Source of the DNA: Pocillopora damicornis | Taxonomy: Eukaryota | Length of the DNA: 64,000 bases | Assembly: GCF_003704095.1 (NCBI RefSeq) | Contig: NW_020845831.1 | Location: forward strand, 1 to 64,000 | Direction of reading: 5' to 3' | Shown here: positions 1-11,885 of the stretch, one piece after another | How positions within the stretch are numbered: position 1 is the first letter of the stretch | Layout: every line of letters begins with the position of its first letter | Made by a program: the position numbers and the translations under genes | The notes under the pieces: generated by a model | What the model was told of the DNA's origin: nothing | The model's database searches: none | What the model saw: the letters and a program-made list of their open reading frames with translations, nothing else

Positions 1-2357
<2,357 letters not shown>

Positions 2358-4694
2358 AAAAAAAAAGAGATATTTGTATAGTTGAACTTTTAATTTGGGT
2401 CAGTGAGGCTGTGAATGAATTCTTTTAGCAGCCGTAGTCAAGGTTATAAAATTATTTCAAGTACAGTAAATAGAAAAAGTGTTATTGCTATATTTTGTGG
2501 TTAGTAATTAACTTGCTTTGGTCAGCAGTCATAATGTTTAAAGTACATGTATATTTTTGTTGCAAGCAGGCTGCTTTGCTGAATTCAATCAAAAGTCTCA
2601 TTATTCCAATGAGAGCTTAATTGCCATGACAGTAGCTCAGTAGACAAACTTGAAGTAATCAATGTTGAAAACTCGATCAGTTATGCTCCCTTCCAAAGGT
2701 GTTATACCATCCTTTCATCCATTTACTTCCCTCTAGCTGATATAAAAAGTACTCAGATACTGATTAATTCTGGTTCTCAAAGGGTTTAAGCCATACTTCA
2801 CTTAGGGGTCACTCATTTGGGGGAACTTTTTCTCTGTCCAACCATTTTCTTGCTTTAGTATGAGTTATCAGGGTCAACATGGCTGTTGTTACTACTGATA
2901 ATATCTTGCATTATCTTCATGTAGGTTAACATTTTGATTCTATAGAGTGAACAGTATTTAATTATCTTCAATTTGTAATACATTGTTAAAGTTCAGATGA
3001 TGAGAATGAGGAAAATTATAAAATATACACAGAAGTTATTGTGTTCATGTAATAACACATAGCCAGTGAAGAATTTTCTGCTTGTTAACCAAGGGAATTA
3101 CTGTCCTCTCAGCTCCCAGAGGTAGTTCTGAAATGTACCATGACAGCTGAAACAGAGCACATTTTCAATTTACACCGTGAAACCACCACCTGGATCTTCC
3201 CTTCAGTGGAATAACCAGGTGCCCCCTTAGAAATATGGGGTTTCCAAAACAGTAGTTAGTTGCCTGTGACACCCTAGTGCTGGTGAAGCACAGCCCAAGA
3301 ATAGGTTCAACAATCACTGTTTAATCCCTTGCACATATATGACCTTGAAAAGTTTGCAGCATTTCTGATGAATGATCTTTAGTTTTTTGTTGGTTACCGT
3401 GTCCTACATATCTTTCTCATCTGCTGCCACTTTAAGAAGTTACATGTATTTAGAGATAAAAATCTGTTATGGTGTAGATTATCTGCAATAGATCTCTTTA
3501 CAACTATGGTGGTGTGAAAGTTGTCCCTTCCCCTCTGTCCATTTTATTTTAATGATTATCAATAAATCAATTTGTTGACCAATATAATTTTTGGTAAATG
3601 GGTTTTATCCTAAGATAGCTGAAGACAGTTTTGGACAAGGGTTTTAAACTGTAAAGAAACTAGGACACTTTGTATCTGTCCATTTGAATTCTTAAAACCT
3701 GGAATAAAGAAATTTAATATCATCAATTCAAACGATTGGTGTGTTGTTATTGTTATACATATCACAATAATGAATAAAAATATAAACCTTGAGATTGCGT
3801 ACTTGAATTTCACCTCTAAGTATTTAATATATTGTTTCTGACTACTGAAGGGTCATTAGGACCTGTACATACAAGAAGTAGGGTTATGAGAAGATTCCCT
3901 CTTGCCTGTATGACTGTACTGTAGTACATTTTCAGAACACTATGTCCAATGCAGAGCTGAAATTTAAGTAAAATATTTTCAAGGAAACAATAAAGTTTCT
4001 GAAGCAACCATCTCTTTCGGTTGGGTACTTGTATCAACCCTACTTCTTGTATTACCATTTTCAGCAGTGTGGAGGTTGAATTGTATTTTAAGAGTGAAGA
4101 AGCTGAGATTCCCCATAAAAGTACTTGAGAGGCAGCTTAGTACGTGAGTAACGGTAGGGGCAACCTGAGGCGTTTACGAACTACCCCCTTCTTCGCGTGC
4201 TTCGGTAGCCGGTCTCTACGGGAAGATAAGTGGAGGGTCAACATATTGGGACGTAGAAAACGTGTACTCTGTAGACTTGAGAAAAAGCAGAAAGTTGAAA
4301 TGGCTTGATTCGATTACAGGGCTTTCACTTATCATGCCAGAATTGGGTGTTGTGCAATAAGATCAGTGTTATTTTACCACCGTGTCTCTTTGCTTTATAG
4401 GCTGGAAACGGCTAAGGAAGAAAAATGTGTTCAGATTTGAAGCCGAGCCCCTGAGAATTTGATAGGGGAAACTTGGGTACACGACTGAGAGCTTCCTATA
4501 GAGTAACAATGAAGGAGGGACCGGGTTGAGGATTTAAGAAGACAAAAACTAATAGTGGCCAGGCAACCAAATTTCCTATAATTCAACATGTTTTTACATC
4601 ATCACTTAAATGCATCAGCTTTAAGCATTTTCTAATTTACGTTCTTTAATTCAAGAAAGATCAAGGACATTTTGCAGGAGTAAAACTATGAAGG

Positions 4695-5444
4695 TTAAGC
4701 ACGATAATTGTCACTATGGCAAACTGTTCCGGTCTCGCTACCGGTCCGTATCATTGTTAAATCTGGTACACTTTGCCGTTTAGTTTCCCTGAAATCATTA
4801 TTAGGGTAAACCATTTCATTTTCGCTATGAGGTTGTTCCGTGGTCTGGTCTGGCACGCTTTCCCACTTAGTTCCTCTTCCATCCGCACAGTTTCTACGAG
4901 ATAGAGGCACTAGGATATGCGCAGTACTTTTTAGCTTTTGAGGGTTGCGGCGGGTCTCGTCATTCTTTAAGGGTGGTGTCACTCTTTGCGCTATGATTTC
5001 TCCGTTTTTCGCCCCCGTCATTTTTTCCGCGCACTCCTTTGTTGAATTCCTGTCATCGAAATCTTCAAGGAACGTATCACCGATTGTGCTATGTGTGACA
5101 GCTCCATCCTTGGACTGATTACCTGTGATATCCTCGTCACCAACCACCGAGCCCGCCAAAGCTTGAGGGCTATCATCTGGAAGGGCAGCAAACGGGACAG
5201 ATTTCCTGGAGACTATGGTATCAAGGCTATCAAATATATCCCATGGATTGCTTTTCGTTGCTTTGAATTGGAAAAATGCTGTTTCGGTCCGTTTTGATGT
5301 GCTTTTTCTACCCTTGCTTGTTTTTCCTTTCGTGCGTTGGTTCAAGAATTCATCATTTTCGCCATTTGACTCTTTGGTGTCAATGGAATGAATATACTTT
5401 GCTTCAGCTGTTCGTCCCGATGAACGTGAAAGAGAAACACCCAT
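4695..5444 (-). CDS. Intronless uncharacterised 249-aa hydrophilic protein with N-terminal myristoylation motif (MGVSLS)
   Basis: 750-nt ORF in AT-rich DNA with ATG start, Gly2 and Ser6. Composition is S/T/K/E/D-rich and disorder-like; CpG-rich upstream region at ~5500-5700. No recognisable domain. Confidence 0.6.
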   Translation of the reverse strand: MGVSLSRSSGRTAEAKYIHSIDTKESNGENDEFLNQRTKGKTSKGRKSTSKRTETAFFQFKATKSNPWDIFDSLDTIVSRKSVPFAALPDDSPQALAGSVVGDEDITGNQSKDGAVTHSTIGDTFLEDFDDRNSTKECAEKMTGAKNGEIIAQRVTPPLKNDETRRNPQKLKSTAHILVPLSRRNCADGRGTKWESVPDQTTEQPHSENEMVYPNNDFRETKRQSVPDLTMIRTGSETGTVCHSDNYRA

Positions 5445-5807
5445 CTCTTAACATGAAAAAACCCTCGCTACTCAGGTTGTGAAAATCTCTGCTAAAAGTC
5501 CTTGCGACTTTGCGTCATAAACACGCAACTCAGTTACGCGAAATGCTACGTAACACTTTCAGCGCGCACAAATCTTTAGGTAGCGGGTGACATTGCTACG
5601 ACACGGCCGCAGCGACTGTTCTCTTCGCGTCACTTCGTCAGATAGGTTCCGAAAAAAATACGATCCTTTATGAGGGGACCAGAGAACGTTTTTCAAAGGG
5701 TGTCCAAGTTTGTTTTGTGCGAGACCATTGTGGTGGAACAATTACTAAGTACAGTAACCGCACCTTTCTATTAATATAAGTTAGGAAGTAGGTTAAGAGT
5801 TTTGGTG

Positions 5808-5964
5808 GGTAATTTAGTGTTAACAACTAAGTTGAAACGTAAATTAGCCACCGTAAAGGGTAGTGGCTGATTTACGTTTTCAACTCAGTTGTTAACACTA
5901 AATTACATGCAATACTCTCCCACCGACGCAGCACCACAGTTTCGTTAGAAACTTACCCCTTTAT
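5808..5964. mobile_element. Short hairpin-forming interspersed element with 15-bp target-site duplication
   Basis: Flanked by identical TTAAGAGTTTTGGTG at 5793-5807 and 5965-5979. Internal inverted arms at ~5809-5851 and ~5863-5906. Related copies at ~10176-10365 and ~28727-28870. Confidence 0.8.
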
Positions 5965-6813
5965 TTAAGAGTTTTGGTGCACTGTCATTCCTTGCCAACA
6001 AATTGTTTTAAAACCAATGTTTTAGGAACCTTAAAACAATTACTTATTGAACAAGTACTCGATTGTTAGATTCGAAATATCAAGTGGATGCTAGTATAGC
6101 CAGCGATGGAAACTCAGTTTCACTGAGAAACTTAGAAAAGCGGGTACATTTGACACCAACAGGTCATTTGAGGGGCCATCTGAGTACTGACAACTCACAA
6201 AAAAGTTCAAATGTTCCGATAGAAAACGAAGAATCCAAACCGAAGAATAACTCGCAATCGTATTATAGCAATTTTATTCGATCTGAAATCAAATTAATAC
6301 GTTCAAAGATTCTACTCACTAAATGCAATCTCATAATTAATAGAAGGAACTACAAAAGCGAAACAAATGCCCGTGAGAGCTAAGAATGGATGTAAGCGAA
6401 CCTATGGGGTTCTTAAAACAAGCCTAATTACAAATGCTTTAAACTCCATTGGGTAACCGAGAAATCTAATCCTAACTTAACAATTCAATAATAATTTTCG
6501 GTTCATTTACTTCTATGGCGAGTTTTCTTAAATTTCCTTGAATACAGCATATATAAATCCGCGCAACAGGTAAGCAGTAAAAATTCTGATCATTTCAGTA
6601 CGACTGTCGGCAAACGGTTGTCAAGTTTGTAGTACACATTGGTTATTATTCTATACTGGCAATCATATAGCCAGAAGTAGTGGATACATTTTACAACTAC
6701 AAGTTAACTTTTAACATAAAAAGGAAAATTTACACCAGTTGATCACCTTAAATAACCTCCTCACTAGAAAGGAAGTGTGACAACTTATATGTAGATTGAT
6801 CACAATTAGTGAG

Positions 6814-9800
6814 TCACTCTGTATCAATGTCCATTGGGGATTGGAATGGCTCCCTGTTTGAGTCCAAATGTGGCCAGGTTGGAAATTGTTGTGGAACCTG
6901 TTGTGCTCTATCATCAGTCATCTCTTGAATCCCTTGAGCTGAAATTAAAGCCTCACCACCAGCCTCTGTAGTTATGACAATGAGATAACAACAACACCTG
7001 GATACTGCAGTGTATAGCAACTCTTTAGCACATCCATTGCTTTCTGAATCATCTTCGTATGGAGGATTATACAAGATGACCACTTTAGATTCAAGGCCCT
7101 TGAAGCACCTAATGCTTTCCACCACAATCTTGTTGTCATTCTTCTCAACTAAGTTGTCTGCAGTTTGGGTTTCAACGCTATTTTTTGAAAGTGCCTGTCT
7201 GAAAGATTTTCTTTCGGCTACTGTTTCAACAAGAATACAAATGTCCCTTTCTTGAACATGTTCTCTACGTAGATCTTTCAAATGAGGAATGATTGTGCTG
7301 GCACCTTTGTCGTCTGAGATCACTTTGCTTTCCAGAGAAGTATCCCATTTGATTGGTAAGCCATATTCTTGATGACCAAGTGTAATGCCATTTTCAGATG
7401 TCATCAATGATTTAAAGTACTTCTCTGACTGCTTGAAAATATTTCCTGTGTTGCGAAGCACTTCCTTGAGCTCTGCACTGTTTTGGAGATATCTAGAGAA
7501 CAATTTAAGCAGCTCTTTAGAGAAGTATAGGTACTGATTTGTGTCATACACGACCCAGAAAAAACCAGTAGGCTTCATCCAATCTTCTAGCTCAGCCTCT
7601 TCATTGAAATTAGGTGTCACAGAGCTCTTGTGCATCAGTTCAAGAAGATCTGGCCACTTACTTCCAAACAAGTCTTGACCTTCATCTACCAAAATGTGGT
7701 CATACTTTCCATAGAAATCTGATGTCTGGGTTGAGAGCAGCTCGAAGGCAAAGCTAACAGCCGCCTCTTTCTCGTTTCTACTTAATGGAATTCGGGGTAA
7801 GCCAGTAACATCAATGATAAGTTTAGAAAATGTTTTAATATCTAAGAAGTTCCTTAACACACTTTTAAGACCAGGACACTTTACTAGTTTGGTTTCAAGC
7901 ACTGACTGTAACTTCTTGCATAACACAGCATTGAAGCATACAATAAGAATATTCTTTTTTTTTATGCTCTAGAATGGAACTTGCCAAAGATTCTGCCTTC
8001 TCCAGCAATAGCATTGTCTTGCCACTTCCAGCGGGTCCCCTAATCCACAATTTGGGAGGATAATGACCAACCAGCAACTCCACTTGTTCTACTGTTTTGA
8101 ACATCAAAGTCTCTTCAACGCGGTTAATGCAATTGTCAAGGAGTGGACTGACATGGACCATGCCAACAAATCTAATTGAAAAAATGTACAAAATGACATT
8201 ATGTTCATGTTAACATGCATGGTCAGACACTTAATGTGCAATTTGTTTTTTATAACCAGTGGCTTGTGCTTGTATCAATGTATGGTATGGTTATAATCAT
8301 TAATGTCTATCACACAATCCTCAATATTAATCAGAGTTCACACATTTAAAGAATTCAAATTTAATGTGCATAAGTACTAACAATTACTATGCTCTCGCAA
8401 ATACCTGTATTTGAGCAAAGTTTGCAAAATATGTTATTTACATTTCTAAAGTTATTTTTTGATTAATCTTTTTTAATCAAAATTTATGATGTCATGACAT
8501 TCCACATTAGCATGAAACAAAAACTTGGATATCTTGGAAACAAAAGAACACACTTTAAAAAATATAAACACCATTTTTGTTTTTTTTTTAAATTCTTTCA
8601 AATAAGAAGCAATTGTTTTGCAATGTCTTTAAGACTAATGGATGGAAAGGTATGAAACCCCAGTGCATGTCAAGAAATCAACATTGTCTAGCCTCTGTGC
8701 TCCATTTTTTTGTCATTGAGAGTAACAGAAAGCGAGCAACATGTAATTTATAATCAAACCATATCTGATAACTGGTGATAACTGGTGTTTTGAGACAATC
8801 ATGCAGCACAAGATAACACCAAATGCTTGTGAAAAAATGCGCCTTCTATATTTTACTTGTTGTCATATTTTATCTTCAGACTAGCATTCTTGAGCAAGGT
8901 GTAGATGCTCTATTCCCCAAAAAACAAGAAGAAACAAGAAAATCCTAAACACAGTTTTTTAGTTCAAAACGTGCAGATCAAGTTCCTATGAAAAACTATA
9001 TTAGGTTTTGATTTAAAGTGTTGTCAAATAAAACTGTCTTTAGTTGTAAAATGTCTCGCATGAAAAAATAAGCTCTGCCAAAACTGTTAAAGTAAGTTAA
9101 CATCCAAAAACAACATTAACATTATTTTATCAATCTTAAAGAAAATGTACACTTTTATAGGGAAAGTGTGAAACAATGGCATGCTATTTCTGTTTGGCTA
9201 AAAGATGTAACAGGTTGGTTAAAATACAGCACTCACCTCATTACCAGGTACTCATAGATGGTTTGATCAATTTCTGAATGTTCTTCACTCACTGGGAACT
9301 TGCCGTACCACCATTCAGAAAATACTTCTGCATTGGTACAGTCCTCTTGATAAAGTACATGGTCCTGTGCACAAAGTGACTGGCCTCACTGAGTATTTGG
9401 CAATACCACAAATGCTGGAAATTTGTCGAATGTTTTGCCCACTTGCTTATTGGATATTATCCCAGCTTCCATCATTTTTTGGCAAAATCTTTCCAAGGAT
9501 ACTTTGTCTTTTTTAATCTGACTGTCAGCTTTATGATGTCCACCTGAAGTTTTTGTTGCTTTTACTTGGAAAAACACAACCCCATGGACATGATGTACTA
9601 TAACAAAGTCATGTTCACCCATTACCCAAGTTGACATCTTAGTACTTGATATCTTACCAGACTGTCACATGGGAATGTACTCACTAAACTTATAGGAATG
9701 AATAACAAACATGGGTTCCTTCTTAATTTCACCAAATTCTTTCAAAATGTCAAAGAAATGTTTTTCTGTAATTTCCCCTAAATTTGGGTTTTTTGCCTTA

Positions 9801-9955
9801 GATATGAAAGAGCGAGGGACCATGTGAGTGCTTTTGGGAGATTTCCAGTCTGGATAGTAATCACATAGGCGGGAACAAATTTCCTCATCTAAATCACGTC
9901 TTCCATTATCTTGCAGATCTTTCTCTCCACAGGATCTCACTGGATTGTGATACAT
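6814..9955 (-). pseudogene. NERD-like PD-(D/E)XK nuclease fused to Schlafen/UvrD-like superfamily-1 helicase; disrupted; coding exons 9955-9237 and 8171-6814
   Basis: Nuclease-like motifs GEITEKHFFDIL and GEHDFVIVHHVHGVVFFQVKA. Helicase motifs GPAGSGKT (Walker A), ILVDEGQD (Walker B), VYDTNQ, LRNT, ESIRCFKGLESKVVIL, LYTAVSRC. Phase-2 GT-AG intron 9236-8172. In-frame TGA at 9667-9665 and 9388-9386; frameshift in the A9 run at 7955-7963. Confidence 0.8.
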
Positions 9956-10177
9956 TTTGAAAACCTATGAAAATTAACAAAAGTCAATATCAGCAAGCTG
10001 AAAAAATATTTAAAATACAGCAAGTAAATATGTGTTGCTGCAACTCCATTCCTAAAAGTGAATTCTGAGTTTTCACAGAAGCAAGTGAAATCTTACAGTG
10101 TAAACATGCACAGTTTTTAAGTGTCATTTTGATAAGGATAACAATAGTTCCCCAGTAATTTGTTTAAAATTAATAAA

Positions 10178-10208
<31 letters not shown>

Positions 10209-10645
10209 TGTCAGTGGGGAGTATAACTAGATAATTTTGGTTTTATCAACTGAATCGATTGTGCAAACTGACCACCCTGAAAAGTATCAAAGCTTTAAAC
10301 CTCTTTACAGTTGCCAATTTACAGTATAATATCAACTAAGTTTAAAAAATCAAATTTATCTTGTTTAAAATTACTTTGCCATGTTTATATTATGTGACTA
10401 AGTTTGTGAGAAAATTTTCTTGACTGAAAAAGTGAAAGAGAAAAACTCTGTTCTCACTGAATCACTTTTAGGGGACACAGGAAGAATTGAGACTGCCACT
10501 AAAATAGGTGTATTGTTATTGACATACATGTCATTATCATTCTCTAAAAGAATTTTCAAAATCAGAGGGTATGGATCATCAGGTCCAGCTGCTTTATGAA
10601 TAAACAATCTGTTCAGCAGTTGATCATTTTTCTCCCAATCTGCAA

Positions 10646-10843
10646 TTAACCCTTTAACTCCCAGAAGTGATTTATATGTAACTTCTCCCAACAATATCCC
10701 TCAAACACATACTGAGATTACTCAAACTCATCAGTTAGAGGTTATCATGATATAACACCAAATTCTGGTAACTAAATTACAAGGAAATGTGTAAAAGCTA
10801 AATGGGAGAATTAACAACCAAATCTTGGGAGTTAAAGGGTTAA
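10646..10843. mobile_element. piggyBac-type MITE (TTAA target duplication)
   Basis: TTAA-CCCTTTAACTCCCA ... TGGGAGTTAAAGGG-TTAA; perfect 14-bp TIR, ~190 bp, no ORF. Confidence 0.85.
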
Positions 10844-11077
10844 GAGGCCAATATTCTGACAACATATTTTATTCTGGTTTGAGGACCATGAAGCAATAAA
10901 AGGGTACTACTTATACTCTTTGGATGGGATGGCAGTAACCATTGTTAAACTTCCTATCCCTATATGGCTTCACATGTAGGTGGTACATAAACTTTGTGTG
11001 TGGGCTGTGTGTAATGCCTGGTATGCTGATGAAACCCCATGAATATTTTCAGTATAAATGTACACGTGTCTATATCC

Positions 11078-11325
11078 TACATTCTCCCTAACATAAAGGG
11101 TGTATCTGAGGTTCTTTGCTGCTGCCTACAACATCAAGGCATATGAACCAATTTTCAAGTTGAACACAACACTTAGATCTCACTTAGTACAACCTAAAGA
11201 CACCCTGGAACCATCGAAACAAGACGGTGTTGTTTACAAGATCCCATGTGAATGCGGCAAAGTGTACAACGGTGAAACTGGGGGATCAATGTGAGAAAGG
11301 ATAAAAGAACATGACAGAGACAACA
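11078..11325 (+). mobile_element. Penelope-like element remnant (end of RT, linker and GIY-YIG endonuclease)
   Basis: Degenerate LPNIKGVSEVL...TTLRSHLVQPKD...QDGVVYKIPCECGKVYNGETG..*ERIKEHD matches the PLE GIY-YIG signature GVVYxIxCxCxxxYxGETxR...RxxEH; contains stops and a frameshift. Confidence 0.85.
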
Positions 11326-11694
11326 CAAAAACACAGCTCAAAATAATTAATGCATCGCTGAAGAGGAAATGTGACATTTATAGAAAACTTGTTTCAGTGC
11401 CCGCCTTATAACTTGAGCCCCATCTAAAAACACAACTATCTCAATTTTCGTATTTTGTAGTCTTTGGTATCCTTTTGAACAAAAAAGGGACCTCCAAACA
11501 CAAATTTCCTTAGAATTATCAGGTTCGCGCGCTTCTGGAAGTTGAGTTTCCTTGAAATTCATCGTCAGAGGAAAAATATTTCCACTCAATTTACCTCTTC
11601 TCTTTCCCTCTTTTTCGATGAAGATGAAGTAGAAACTATTAACCACTTTCTGAGAACATAAATCGCTTGGGTAACTACCGATTACAGTAATTAA

Positions 11695-11885
11695 ACTTAC
11701 TTTTCACAGAGGAACCACCAGGTCCCGACACTTAACTTTCCCGCTTGTTCAACATAAATGGAGAGTTCGCTTGCGCACTTGGAAACGAGGCCAAAATGTG
11801 ACAATTATCCCCAGGCTGCCTCCATGATTCGACATTGGTAAAGGAACGACTAAGTTTAAACTGAAGAATAGATAGATGTCCTAAG
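11695..11885. promoter_or_regulatory. Putative bidirectional promoter and non-coding first exon of the nuclease-helicase gene
   Basis: Minus-strand GTAAGT donor at 11700-11695 can pair with the acceptor at 9966-9965, just upstream of ATG 9955. Plus-strand ATG at 11886 is <200 bp away. CpG-rich patch within CpG-poor DNA. Confidence 0.5.

Noticed and set aside
4125-4260. U11-like snRNA (CGTGAGT...GTAGGGGCAAC)
   Set aside because: No AAAAAGGG 5' end, no Sm site and no convincing stems; short chance similarity.
9386-9667. Selenocysteine recoding of the two in-frame TGA codons
   Set aside because: Neither lies in a redox or Cys-like motif, no SECIS was recognised downstream of 6814, and an independent frameshift is also present. 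Point mutation is simpler.
6814-9955. Bacterial contaminant contig explaining the NERD-helicase
   Set aside because: It has a canonical spliceosomal intron in consistent phase, host-like composition and CpG depletion, and host repeats in its introns.
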